Source: Escherichia coli (lineage in GTDB: Bacteria > Pseudomonadota > Gammaproteobacteria > Enterobacterales > Enterobacteriaceae). From it: a stretch of 64,000 bases of DNA. The notes under the pieces are model-generated. The model saw only the letters and a program-made list of their open reading frames with translations. It had not been told where the DNA came from and made no database searches. Positions 20,882 through 32,437 of the stretch are shown piece after piece. The position numbers were made by a program, and so were the translations under genes. The DNA is taken from assembly GCF_003334765.1 (NCBI RefSeq), contig NZ_QOWT01000023.1; one strand, 5' to 3'. The number at the start of each line of letters is the position of its first letter. Within the stretch, counting starts at the first letter, position 1.

Positions 20882-21708
20882 GAAGATTCTTCTGGCTGGT
20901 CGCTGCCGCTCTGTTATTGGCAGGGTGTGCAGGCGAAAAAGGCATTGTCGAGAAAGAGGGATATCAGCTTGATACCCGACGCCAGGCGCAGGCGGCGTAT
21001 CCGCGCATTAAAGTGCTGGTGATCCACTACACCGCAGATGATTTTGATAGCTCGCTGGCGACACTGACCGATAAGCAGGTCAGCTCGCATTATCTGGTCC
21101 CTGCGGTACCACCGCGATACAACGGTAAACCGCGCATCTGGCAACTGGTGCCGGAACAAGAACTGGCCTGGCATGCGGGGATTAGCGCCTGGCGCGGGGC
21201 AACGCGCCTTAACGACACCTCTATTGGCATTGAGCTGGAAAACCGTGGCTGGCAAAAATCGGCCGGAGTGAAATATTTTGCCCCGTTTGAACCGGCACAG
21301 ATTCAGGCGCTTATTCCACTGGCGAAAGATATTATTGCCCGTTATCACATCAAGCCGGAAAACGTAGTGGCACATGCGGATATCGCACCGCAGCGCAAAG
21401 ACGATCCGGGGCCATTATTTCCCTGGCAGCAACTGGCGCAGCAGGGGATTGGTGCCTGGCCGGATGCGCAGCGGGTTAACTTTTACCTTGCCGGGCGCGC
21501 GCCGCACACACCGGTAGATACCGCGTCATTGCTGGAGCTTTTGGCGCGCTACGGTTATGACGTTAAACCTGATATGACACCGCGCGAGCAGCGGCGCGTG
21601 ATTATGGCATTCCAGATGCATTTCCGCCCGACGTTATATAACGGCGAAGCGGATGCAGAAACTCAGGCGATTGCCGAAGCATTGCTGGAGAAATACGGGC
21701 AGGATTAG
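20878..21708 (+). CDS. amiD: N-acetylmuramoyl-L-alanine amidase AmiD (lipoprotein)
   Basis: 276-aa ORF with lipobox (LLLAGCAG) and an amidase_2-type sequence. Confidence 0.9.
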
Positions 21709-22718
21709 CGCGGCAGTTTTCCGTGGTCGCGTAGCCAGGCGGCAGTTTTCTCGATACCTTCATCCAGGGTGATGACCGGCTGATAACCTAACTCTTCCTG
21801 CGCACGCGTAATATCCAGCGTAAAGTCAAAATTCAACTTGGAGACGCCGTAGTGGGTCAGCGGCGGCTCTTTTGCTGACTTGCGGCCTAAACGCTCCATG
21901 CTGCGGGCGATCATATCCAGCATCGGGTAGGGGACGGAACGAATACGACAGTCAATATTCAACTCGTCGATCAGCTTCTGCACGATGCTGCGCAGTGTGC
22001 GATGCTCGCCGTTGGTGATGTTGTACACACGCCCGGAAGGTAGCTTATCGCAGGCTTCCTGGCTTGCCAGCCACATTGCGTGCACGGCATTTTCATAGTA
22101 GGTCATATCGACCAGCGCACTGCCGCCATGCGGTAACAGAATACTGCCGTAGTGGTGCATCATATGCGCCAGACGGGGAATAAAGACTTTATCGTGCGGT
22201 CCGAACAGACTTTGTGGGCGCAGAATAGTAAAGCGCGTTTGTGGATTCGCCTGCGAAAGCATATTGATCACTTCTTCGCTGGCTGCTTTGCTGCGGGCAA
22301 ACTCGTTGGCGAAGCGGTGAGGGCGAAAATCTTCTTTAATATCGCGATGGTGGTGATAATCGAAGTACAGGGAGGGGGAAGAGATATGAATAAAGTTACG
22401 CACACCCCAGGCGACAGCCCATTCACCCAGGCGGCGAGTGGCGCGAACGTTAGCCAGATCGAAAGCCTGTTGTGTCCCCCAGGGTGAGGTAAAGCTGGAG
22501 CAGTGCCACAGCGTATCAATGCCCGCGAGCATCACTTTAGCTTGTGATGAAACCAGCTCGGTCAGATCCGCCGGAACAAACTCTGCGCCCATTTTTTCCA
22601 GCAATTTGCCCATTGCCTCGTTGCGACCGGTCGCTCGCACGCTGATGCCTTTCTGGCATAAAAACTCTACCGCGTTTCGACCTAAGCCGCTGGTGGCGCC
22701 GGTAACCAGTACCTTCAT
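21705..22718 (-). CDS. ybjS: NAD-dependent epimerase/dehydratase family protein YbjS
   Basis: 337 aa from [20 protein letters not shown] (Rossmann GxxGxxG). Confidence 0.85.
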   Translation of the reverse strand: MKVLVTGATSGLGRNAVEFLCQKGISVRATGRNEAMGKLLEKMGAEFVPADLTELVSSQAKVMLAGIDTLWHCSSFTSPWGTQQAFDLANVRATRRLGEWAVAWGVRNFIHISSPSLYFDYHHHRDIKEDFRPHRFANEFARSKAASEEVINMLSQANPQTRFTILRPQSLFGPHDKVFIPRLAHMMHHYGSILLPHGGSALVDMTYYENAVHAMWLASQEACDKLPSGRVYNITNGEHRTLRSIVQKLIDELNIDCRIRSVPYPMLDMIARSMERLGRKSAKEPPLTHYGVSKLNFDFTLDITRAQEELGYQPVITLDEGIEKTAAWLRDHGKLPR

Positions 22719-22816
22719 ATCAATCCACTGTTGTTGAGAAAATAACGTGCGCATTCTTCCGTGATTTCCCCCATGATGCAATGGGAAACATGAAAGAATA
22801 ACGCAGGTTTTGTCGA

Positions 22817-24247
22817 TTAATCTGTGCTTTGTTCTGCCAGTCTGGCGATTTGTTTTGCCATTCCGCGAAAAATAAACAGATGCGCGGGGATCATCAATAA
22901 CCAGTAAAACAGCCCCGGCATACCGTGCGGATGCCAGAAAGCGCGGACATCGATAGTACGATAGTCGCCTTTATCTTCCAGGCTAAAACACAGTCGTCCC
23001 AGCCCCGGCGCTTTCATGCCAAATAACAACGTAAGTTGTTTTTCCGGTTCAACGACAATCACTTTCCAGCTATCCACCGCATCGCCAGTCTGTAAATATT
23101 CGCGCTCCGGGCGGCCTTTCGCCAGCTTATGACCGATCGCGCGGTCCATCAACGCCCGTGTCTGCCACAAAATATTGCCAAAGAAATAACGCTCTTTACC
23201 GCCGATTTGGTTCACTACCTGCCATAAAGCAGCAAGGCTGGCGGACGTTTTAACGGTAAACCCCGCCTGTTTGGCAAAATAACCGTACTCCGGTCGCCAG
23301 CGGGCAAAGGCCTGAGCGTCGTAGCCCCAGTCGCTGGAGTTGACCAGTTTTTCCTCCTCTTTCAACGTGCTACGTACCGCGTCATCGAAAGCGATCAGCC
23401 GTTGTGGGATGAGTGCACGTAGCGCGGTATCATCCGCCAGCAGATCGTGTTTCAGCCCCTGAATCAACGCCCTGGCGGTGGTGGGCGGTACGGAAGTAAT
23501 CACATTGAGAAACCACACCGAAATCCAGCGGGTGGGGAGGGGGATGGGGATCAACCAGCGGCGCTTACCGCTCACCGCCATAAAATGTTCAAACTGTTGC
23601 TGATAACTGAGCACCTCTGGTCCGGCGGCTTCGAAGATGCGGTGTTCGCTGGCCGGATGATCTAACAACGCAACCAGATAGTGCAGCAAGTTTTCCAGCG
23701 CAATGGGCGTGGTGCGTGAACGAACCCAGCGCGGAGGCGTTAAGACTGGCAGGTTGTAGACCATATCGCGCATGACTTCGAACGCCGCGGAACCTGCGCC
23801 AACGATAATTCCGGCCCGCAGTTCGGTCACGGGTACATTCGCTTCACGCAGAATGTCCGCCGTAGCCTGACGAGCACGCAGATGATCCGACTGCTCATGT
23901 GGCGGGGCCTGCAACGAACTAAGAAAGATTAATTGCTTAACTGGTACTTCACGTAGCGCATCGCGGACGTTGAGAGCCACCTGGCGCTCCTGAGCGATAA
24001 AATCGCCGCCTTCGCCCATGCTGTGCACCAGAAAATAGACCGTATCGATATCCTGCAACAGGGCCGGTAGGTTATCCGGCCAGCTGAGATCGACTTTATG
24101 GCAACTGACGTTTGCCAGTTGCAGCTTTGCAAGCCTGTCGACATGACGTGCCGCCGCCAGGATCTGATGCCCTTGCTGGCTGAGTGTGCGCACCAGATGC
24201 TGACCAATGTAGCCACTGGCACCGAGAACTAAAATGCGTTGCGGCAC
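22817..24247 (-). CDS. ybjT: NAD(P)-binding protein YbjT
   Basis: 476 aa from a GTG start ([19 protein letters not shown]...); that start also removes the overlap with ltaE. Confidence 0.8.
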
Positions 24248-24257
24248 GTCTCTCTCC

Positions 24258-25259
24258 TTAACGCGCCAGGAATGCACGCCAGTGGGCGGCGACTTCCGCC
24301 AGTTGTTCGCGCGAGACGTCAAGATGCGTCACCAGGCGGACAATCGGCGAGGCGTTAATCAGCACGTTTCTCGCTTTCATGTATTCGCCTAACGCGGCAG
24401 CATTTTCTTCCCCGACGCGAACAAACAGCATATTGGTGTCCTGACGCATCACATCCGCGCCTGCTTCACGCAGCTGCTCCGCCATCCAGGCAGCGTTGTC
24501 GTGGTCTTCCTGCAAGCGCGCAACGTTATTTTTCAGGGCATATATCCCGGCGGCAGCCAGAATGCCGGACTGGCGCATCCCGCCACCTGTCATTTTCCGC
24601 CAGCGAATGGCACGTTTAATGTAATCACGATTACCGACGAGTAATGAACCGACTGGCGTCCCAAGACCTTTCGACAGGCAAATGGTGAACGAATCACAAT
24701 ATTGCGTGATCTCTTTCAGTTCGCAGCCGTAAGCCACCACGGCATTAAAGATGCGCGCACCGTCAACATGCAGCGCCAGATTGCGCTCGCGGGTAAATTC
24801 CCATGCTTCTTTCAGGTATTCCCGCGGCAACACTTTGCCGTTGTGGGTGTTTTCCAGACTGAGTAATTTGGTGCGGGCGAAATGGATATCGTCGGGTTTG
24901 ATTTTCATCGCCACTTTATCCAGCGGTAGCGTGCCGTCGGCAGCCGCGTCTATGGGTTGCGGTTGAATACTGCCCAGCACCGCCGCGCCACCGGCTTCAA
25001 ACAGATAGTTATGCGCGGCCTGACCGACAATATACTCTTCGCCGCGTTCGCAGTGACTGAGCAGAGCGACCAGGTTGGCCTGAGTGCCGGTAGGCAGAAA
25101 AATGGCGGCTTCTTTACCGGAAAGCTCTGCTGCGTAGTCCTGCAGAGCATTAACGGTAGGGTCGTCTCCGTAAACGTCGTCCCCAACCGGGGCGGCCATC
25201 ATCGCTTCGAGCATGGCGCGGCTTGGTCGGGTAACGGTATCACTGCGTAAATCAATCAT
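24258..25259 (-). CDS. ltaE: Low-specificity L-threonine aldolase LtaE
   Basis: 333-aa [43 protein letters not shown]...; PLP-dependent aldolase. Confidence 0.9.
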   Translation of the reverse strand: MIDLRSDTVTRPSRAMLEAMMAAPVGDDVYGDDPTVNALQDYAAELSGKEAAIFLPTGTQANLVALLSHCERGEEYIVGQAAHNYLFEAGGAAVLGSIQPQPIDAAADGTLPLDKVAMKIKPDDIHFARTKLLSLENTHNGKVLPREYLKEAWEFTRERNLALHVDGARIFNAVVAYGCELKEITQYCDSFTICLSKGLGTPVGSLLVGNRDYIKRAIRWRKMTGGGMRQSGILAAAGIYALKNNVARLQEDHDNAAWMAEQLREAGADVMRQDTNMLFVRVGEENAAALGEYMKARNVLINASPIVRLVTHLDVSREQLAEVAAHWRAFLAR

Positions 25260-25295
25260 GGCATGTCCTTATTATGACGGGAAATGCCACCCTTT

Positions 25296-27014
25296 TTACC
25301 TTAGCCAGTTTGTTTTCGCCAGTTCGATCACTTCATCACCGCGTCCGCTGATGATTGCGCGCAGCATATACAGGCTGAAACCTTTGGCCTGTTCGAGTTT
25401 GATCTGCGGTGGAATGGCTAACTCTTCTTTGGCGACCACCACATCCACCAACACCGGACCGTCGATGGAGAAGGCGCGTTGCAGGGCTTCATCAACTTCA
25501 GACGCTTTTTCTACACGGATACCCGTAATGCCGCACGCTTCGGCAATGCGGGCAAAGTTTGTGTCGTGTAGTTCGGTGCCGTCAGTCAAATAGCCACCAG
25601 CTTTCATCTCCATCGCCACAAAGCCCAGCACGCTGTTGTTAAAGACGACAATTTTCACTGGCAGTTTCATCTGCACTACTGAGAGGAAATCGCCCATCAA
25701 CATGCTAAAACCGCCATCGCCGCACATGGCGACCACCTGACGTTCTGGCTCTGTCGCCTGCGCACCCAGCGCCTGCGGCATGGCGTTAGCCATCGAACCG
25801 TGGTTAAACGAACCTAACAGGCGACGCTTGCCGTTCATTTTTAGATAACGTGCCGCCCACACCGTTGGCGTACCAACGTCACAGGTGAAAATAGCGTCAT
25901 CGGCGGCAAAATGACTAATTTGCTGCGCCAGATATTGCGGGTGAATGGCTTTCTCGCTCGGTTTAGCTAAATCGTCCAGCCCTTTGCGGGCGTCGCGGTA
26001 ATCTTCCAGCGCTTTATCCAGAAACTTGCGATCGGCTTTTTCTTCCACCAATGGAAGCAATGCACGCAGAGTCGACTTGATATCGCCGACCAGTGCCATA
26101 TCCACCTTGCTGTGAGCGCCGATGCTGGCTGGGTTGATATCAATCTGAATGATTTTGGCATCGGTCGGGTAGAAGGCGCGGTAGGGAAATTGCGTGCCGA
26201 GTAGCACTAACGTGTCGGCGTTCATCATGGTATGGAAACCTGACGAGAAGCCGATTAACCCGGTCATTCCAACATCATACGGATTATCGTATTCGACATG
26301 TTCTTTACCGCGCAGGGCATGAACAATAGGCGCTTTAATTTTCCCGGCAAACTCAACTAACTCTTTATGCGCCCCCGCGCAGCCGCTGCCACACATCAGG
26401 GCGATATTGCTGGAATAACGCAGCAGTTGCGCCAGTTTGCGTAACTCTTCTTCTTCCGGCGTCACGACTGGTTGTGGCGCATGATACCAGTGCATGGTTG
26501 CCCCTTCTGGCGCAGGTTTTAACGCCACGTCGCCTGGTAACACGACAACCGAAACGCCACGGTTAAGCACCGCTTTGCGCATGGCAATCGCCAGTACTTG
26601 TGGGATCTGCTCCGGGCTGGAAACCAGCTCGCAATAGTGACTACATTCGCGGAATAGCTCTTGTGGGTGGGTTTCCTGGAAATAGCCGCTGCCAATTTCG
26701 CTGGAGGGAATATGAGCGGCAATCGCCAGTACCGGAACGTGATTGCGGTGGCAATCGAACAGGCCGTTGATTAAGTGCAGGTTGCCGGGGCCGCACGATC
26801 CGGCGCAGACCGCCAGTTCTCCGCTAAGTTGTGCTTCAGCGCCAGCGGCAAAGGCCGCCACTTCTTCGTGGCGGGTGGACATCCACTCGATGGTGCCCAT
26901 GCGATTAAGACTGTCACTAAGACCGTTCAGAGAGTCGCCTGTGACTCCCCAGATGCGTTTCACCCCTGCCGATTCGAGTGTTTTGGCGATATAAGCTGCA
27001 ACCGTTTGTTTCAT
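25296..27014 (-). CDS. poxB: Pyruvate oxidase (ubiquinone-dependent pyruvate dehydrogenase) PoxB
   Basis: 572-aa ThDP/FAD enzyme ([32 protein letters not shown]...). Confidence 0.95.
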
Positions 27015-27146
27015 GGTTCTCCATCTCCTGAATGTGATAACGGTAACAAGTTTAGTTCATCTGACGGAGGGGGAAGGGATGGGAGAGAAAGGAGGCACTA
27101 ACGGTTAAATAGCCCGATGAAAGGAATATCATCGGGCATAAGGCGA

Positions 27147-28115
27147 TTATGCGAGAACCAAATCCCCCTGCGGATGGCAGGAGCAGGCCAGTACGTAACC
27201 TTCAGCGATTTCGGCGTCGGTCAGCGTCATTGTGCTGCTCACCGTATATTCACCGGAAACCACTTTTGTCTTACAGCAGCCGCAAACACCCGCACGGCAG
27301 GCAGCGACAACCGGAACGTTATTGCTTTCCAGCGCCTCCAGTAGCGTGGTGCCAACCGGGGCGTAAAATTCTCGTGCCGGTTGCAGTTTGGTGAATTTCA
27401 GACCGCTGGTCGCCGCTTCTGCTACTGGGGTGAAGAATTTCTCTTTAAAGAAACGCGTCACGCCGAGCGCTTTCACTTCCTGCTCTACCCAATCCATATA
27501 CGGAGCCGGGCCGCAGGTCATCACGGTACGTGAAGCTAAGTCAGGTACACCTGCCAGCAGTTCGCGAGTGAGACGACCAGCGATAAAGCCTTCGGTAACG
27601 TTATTTTCTGCCACCAGCGTTACCGGATAGTTACGCCACTCATCGGCGAAAATAACATCCTGCGGCGTACGCACGTTGTAGATCACCCGCACATCGGCCT
27701 GTGGACGGTTCTTCGCAAGCCAGCGACGCATCGACATAATCGGCGTGACGCCGCAGCCTGCCGCCAGCAACAGGAATTTATCTTCTGCTTTATCGTCGCA
27801 GGTAAATTCCCCCATCGCGTCCGAAAGCCAGAGATAATCACCGCGTTTTACATCGCGCGTCAGCCACTGGGAGCCGACACCGTCATCAATCCGCCGCACG
27901 GTCAGGGTGATATATTCACTCACGCCTGGCGTGGAGGAAATGGTGTAAGCACGCAGCGTTTCCGCTGAGTTTCGCACGCTGACCAGTGCATATTGCCCGG
28001 CGCGATATGGGTAGTAATCGTGGCAAATCAGGGAAATCGTCCACACATCCGGCGTTTCTTGCGTAATGTGATGAACCTGCATCCGCCACGGGCATTGATT
28101 CGTTGGCATCGTCAT
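27147..28115 (-). CDS. hcr: NADH oxidoreductase Hcr (Hcp reductase)
   Basis: 322 aa from MTMPTNQCPW...; C-terminal 2Fe-2S Cys cluster (CRAGVCGCCKTK). Confidence 0.9.
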   Translation of the reverse strand: MTMPTNQCPWRMQVHHITQETPDVWTISLICHDYYPYRAGQYALVSVRNSAETLRAYTISSTPGVSEYITLTVRRIDDGVGSQWLTRDVKRGDYLWLSDAMGEFTCDDKAEDKFLLLAAGCGVTPIMSMRRWLAKNRPQADVRVIYNVRTPQDVIFADEWRNYPVTLVAENNVTEGFIAGRLTRELLAGVPDLASRTVMTCGPAPYMDWVEQEVKALGVTRFFKEKFFTPVAEAATSGLKFTKLQPAREFYAPVGTTLLEALESNNVPVVAACRAGVCGCCKTKVVSGEYTVSSTMTLTDAEIAEGYVLACSCHPQGDLVLA

Positions 28116-28126
28116 CGACAAACTCC

Positions 28127-29779
28127 TTACGCGCTCAACAGTTGCTTCATGTCTTCTTCAACAGTGGTGATAGAACGCAGGCCGAATTTCTCGTTCAGCA
28201 CCGCCAGCAGGTCTGGTGTCAGGAAACCAGGTGCAGTCGGGCCGGTGACGATATTTTTCACGCCCAGAGAAAGCAGCGTCAGCAGAATGACGATCGCTTT
28301 CTGTTCAAACCAGGAGAGCACCAGCGACAGCGGCAGATCGTTGACACCGCAGCCCAGTTTCTCTGCCAGAGTGACAGCCAGAATAATCGCTGAGTAAGCA
28401 TCGTTACATTGACCTGCATCTACCAGACGCGGCAGACCTTCGATATCGCCAAACTCAAGTTTGTTAAAGCGATATTTACCACAGGCGAGGGTCAGGATCA
28501 GGCAGTCATCCGGCACGCTGGTGGCGAAATCGGTGAAGTAGTGGCGCTCGCCGCGTGCGCCGTCACAGCCACCAAGCAGGAAGATATGACGCAGTTTTTC
28601 ACGGCTCACCAGATCAATCAGCGTATCAGCAGCGCCAAGCAGCGTCTGGCGACCAAAACCCACGGTGATAAGGTGCGGAATTTCGCTGTACGGGAAGCCT
28701 GCCATCTGTTGCGCCTGGGTGATAACCGCAGAGAAATCATCACCGTCCAGATGACGCACGCCAGGCCAGCCAACAATGCTGCGGGTCCAGATACGATCGT
28801 CATAAGCGCCTACGGTTGGGTCGATGATGCAGTTCGAGGTCATCACGATGGGGCCAGGGAAACGAGCGAACTCCACTTGCTGATTCTGCCAGCCGCTGCC
28901 GTAGTTACCGACCAGATGCTTGAATTTACGCAGCTCCGGGTAGCCATGCGCAGGCAGCATTTCGCCGTGGGTGTAGACATTAACGCCCGTGCCTTCGGTC
29001 TGTTCCAGCAGGTTGTAGAGATCTTTGAGATCGTGACCGGAAATCAGAATGCATTTACCCGCCGTCGCTTTGACGTTGACCTGGGTTGGCGTCGGGTGAC
29101 CGTATTTACCGGTTTCGCCTGCATCCAGAATGCTCATCACTTTGAAGTTCATCTGGCCGATTTCCATTGAACACTCAAGAAGCGCGTTCATATCGGCAGG
29201 CCAGGTCCCCAGCCACGCCATGATTTTATGGTACTGGGCATAAATATCGTTGTCGTATTGACCGAGAACATGCGCGTGTTCCATATAGGCCGCCGCACCT
29301 TTCAGGCCATACAGGCACAGCAGACGCAGGCCGAGAATGTTTTCGCCAATCGCCGCTTTATCTTTGTTAGGGGTAAATTCTGCTGCCTGACGTTGCAGCT
29401 CGCCGAGATCGTCGCTCACCAGTTGCAGGTCAGCCATCGGGTTATCGACGCGCGCGTTGGCATCTACAGCCAGGCATTGCGCTTTCAGCGCCTCGCGCAG
29501 GGCAATCGCTTCACGAGCGTAGCCGACAATACGCGGAGAATCGAAGTTAACGTTGGTCAGGGTTGAGAAAAAGGCACGTGGCGCGAAGCTGTCAACATCG
29601 TGGTTGATGATGCCGTATTCACGCGCTTTTACCGCCCAGGCAGAAAGCCCTTGCAGCGCCGCGATGAGTAAATCCTGAAGGTCAGAAGTTTCCGCCGTTT
29701 TACCACACATCCCCTGCGCGTATGAGCAGCCGTTTCCTGCCGGAGTACGGATAGTTTGTTCACATTGCACACAAAACAT
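28127..29779 (-). CDS. hcp: Hybrid-cluster protein (hydroxylamine reductase) Hcp
   Basis: 550 aa from [27 protein letters not shown] (N-terminal Cys cluster). Confidence 0.95.
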
Positions 29780-29922
29780 GATCACACCTTTTAAAGTTAT
29801 ATTTAATATACATGTTTAAGGTTAAGACGCTTAACGCGGGGATAAAAGGGATTTTTCATGCAACTTTAAGGGAGATTGATTTAGCGCAATTTTGGCGGCA
29901 GGGATCTACCGCCAGAGAGGTA

Positions 29923-30822
29923 TTACGCAGAGAAAAAGGCGATGAGGATCGGCACTAACAGGCTAAGAATAAAACCGTGAACAATTGCCGCCGGGACCAT
30001 ATCCAGCCCGCCAGTACGTTGAAGAACGGGCAGGGTGAAATCCATTGATGTGGCACCGCATAAGCCCAGTGCAGTAGAGCGGCTGCGGCGAATCAGCCCA
30101 GGGATCAACATAATAGCAATCAGTTCACGGGCCAGATCATTAAAAAACGCCGCGCTCCCGATTACCGGACCAAAAGATTCGGTCAATAAAATACCGGAAA
30201 GAGAATACCAGCCGAAACCGGAGGCCATTGCCAGCGCGGTATTGATGGGGAGATCAAGAATAAAGGCGTTAATTAAACCACCAATTAATGAACTGACAAC
30301 CACCACCACGGCGACAATCATTCCCCGGCGATTAAGGACAATCTGCTTTAAGGTCATGCCATTATTGCGCAACTGAATACCAACGAGGAAAAGTAGCAAA
30401 ATTAACGTGTATTCACTGGCTTCGGTTGCGTGTTGTAAGAAAGCCAGTCCACTTAGACCAATGGCAAAACCAATCACTACTACGCCGCACAGTTTTAGCG
30501 ACTCCAGCGCCATCGCAATACGCGACGGGAGTTTTTCTTGCTGATGGTGGTTGCGCCACGGCAGGCCTCGCTCCAGCCACATCAGGGCGGCAATATTACA
30601 CAGTAAAATAACGGTAATACTGACGGCAGAATAATGCAGAATCGCCAACAGGTTACTGGCGAGGTTATCGAGAAACGCCAGACTGATACCCATAAAAAAG
30701 AGAATAAGGTAAACCATCCAGCTTAATAGCTGATTAATAACTTTTAACGCAGCTTGTTGGCGAAGCGGAATGAGGTAACCCACAATCAGGGGAACCAGAA
30801 TGATTAACAGCCCAGAAAACAT
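29923..30822 (-). CDS. lysO: Lysine exporter LysO (YbjE)
   Basis: 299 aa from MFSGLLIILVPLIVGYLIPL...; multi-pass membrane protein. Confidence 0.85.
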   Translation of the reverse strand: MFSGLLIILVPLIVGYLIPLRQQAALKVINQLLSWMVYLILFFMGISLAFLDNLASNLLAILHYSAVSITVILLCNIAALMWLERGLPWRNHHQQEKLPSRIAMALESLKLCGVVVIGFAIGLSGLAFLQHATEASEYTLILLLFLVGIQLRNNGMTLKQIVLNRRGMIVAVVVVVSSLIGGLINAFILDLPINTALAMASGFGWYSLSGILLTESFGPVIGSAAFFNDLARELIAIMLIPGLIRRSRSTALGLCGATSMDFTLPVLQRTGGLDMVPAAIVHGFILSLLVPILIAFFSA

Positions 30823-30999
30823 GAAAACCCAGTCCTTGCAAAGATGAAGTCGAAATGCGCGATGACACACTACTGAAAGCGGAAGGACGAGTAAAGTTGC
30901 AATTAAAAGGAAATGTTATGCATAAGGAGCAGTAGAGTATTCGTTTTCATTTAAAGATATTCTTGCGCTTTAATTACAAACTGCACCGATGTTGGTGGC

Positions 31000-31200
31000 G
31001 TCAAAATCGCCGAGGCGTTCCCTGAAGGCCGGGGCAGCCCACATGGATGTGGGCTGAGGGCGCGTTTTACAGGGATGTTACCTCGCGCCCGACCCGGTAG
31101 CCGTAAGGGATAAGTCGAGGGCACCGCGCAGCGGCGATTTTGTTCGCCAGAGCCCGGGGGTGCAGGGGGCGGCGGCGATTGGCCGCCCCCTGCGCGCTCC
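31000..31200. repeat. GC-rich structured intergenic element with two strong palindromes; family not recognised
   Basis: GCCCACATGGATGTGGGC and GCAGGGGGCGGC-ggcgattg-GCCGCCCCCTGC hairpins in a non-coding ~200-bp stretch between lysO and aqpZ. Confidence 0.35.
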
Positions 31201-31276
31201 TTGCGCCAGTGGCAATATGTTGCTTAGCTCATGAAAGGAGCGCAACAAGATGATGAATCAACATATAACAACATCT

Positions 31277-31307
31277 TAAAAAAAGGCCTGACATTACGCC
31301 AGGCCTT
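31277..31307 (-). terminator. Rho-independent terminator of aqpZ
   Basis: Minus strand: hairpin AAGGCCTG...CAGGCCTT followed by a T7 run immediately downstream of the aqpZ stop. Confidence 0.55.
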
Positions 31308-31316
31308 CTGCGTTAA

Positions 31317-32012
31317 TTAATCACGCTTTTCCAGCAGGGTCCGGTAAATCAGACCACCGATAATGCCGCCGACAATTGGCACCACCCAGAAGAACCACAG
31401 TTGTTCTAATGCCCAGCCGCCCTGGAAGATAGCAACCGCGGTGCTGCGCGCCGGGTTAACAGAAGTGTTAGTCACCGGAATACTAATTAAGTGAATCAGG
31501 GTTAAGGCCAGACCAATAGCGATCGGCGCAAAACCTGCCGGCGCGAATTTGTCGGTTGCGCCGTGGATCACCAACAGGAAACCTGCACTCAATACCAGTT
31601 CAACTACCAGCGCGGAAAGCATGGAATAACCGCCTGGTGAATGCTCGCCATAACCGTTAGAAGCAAAACCGCTGGCTGCCGCGTCAAAACCCGTTTTACC
31701 ACTGGCAATTAAATACAGCAGCGCCGCTGCAACAATACCGCCGACAACCTGGGCAATTACGTAGCCAACGACTTCTTTTGCCGGAAAACGTCCGCCAGCC
31801 CATAAACCAATAGTGACCGCCGGGTTAAAATGACCACCAGAAATATGACCAACAGCAAAGGCCATCGTCAGAACGGTCAGACCGAACGCCAACGCCACGC
31901 CGGCAAAACCAATGCCTAATTCCGGGAAGCCTGCGGCCAGTACAGCACTACCACAGCCACCAAAAACAAGCCAGAAAGTACCAAAACATTCAGCTGCTAA
32001 TTTTCTGAACAT
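31317..32012 (-). CDS. aqpZ: Aquaporin Z
   Basis: 231 aa from [21 protein letters not shown]...; two NPA motifs ([14 protein letters not shown]). Confidence 0.95.
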   Translation of the reverse strand: MFRKLAAECFGTFWLVFGGCGSAVLAAGFPELGIGFAGVALAFGLTVLTMAFAVGHISGGHFNPAVTIGLWAGGRFPAKEVVGYVIAQVVGGIVAAALLYLIASGKTGFDAAASGFASNGYGEHSPGGYSMLSALVVELVLSAGFLLVIHGATDKFAPAGFAPIAIGLALTLIHLISIPVTNTSVNPARSTAVAIFQGGWALEQLWFFWVVPIVGGIIGGLIYRTLLEKRD

Positions 32013-32437
32013 ATCCACCTCAATTAAAAATTGACCCTGTGAAAAATATGGTCGTTTTATAGGGTCGTCGTAAAAAAGTGACGACGGAAATAATGCGCGG
32101 CTATTTTAAAAACGAAGGCGAGTCATTCACCAGATAAATAAATCCAGTAAATTTGATTTAGGGCAACAGCGGGTTGCCCCATATAGTCATTTGTCTGATT
32201 GACAGTGTAGTGCACGCAAAAGATTTAATCCTTTAGGCGTAATAAAAAATAATTTATCATGCTAATTATTTGATTTTGTTGTTTTTGCAGACTTATCAGC
32301 AAGAGGGAGTATAACGCGATTATTCGCTCATTTTTCAGACATTTGCCATGCTTAAATGTGATGTCATCACGTATTAGCAAGGCCTTTCCCGTTATACTGC
32401 CAGCGTAAAGGATAAGTCACATATTTCTGGAGGGGAT

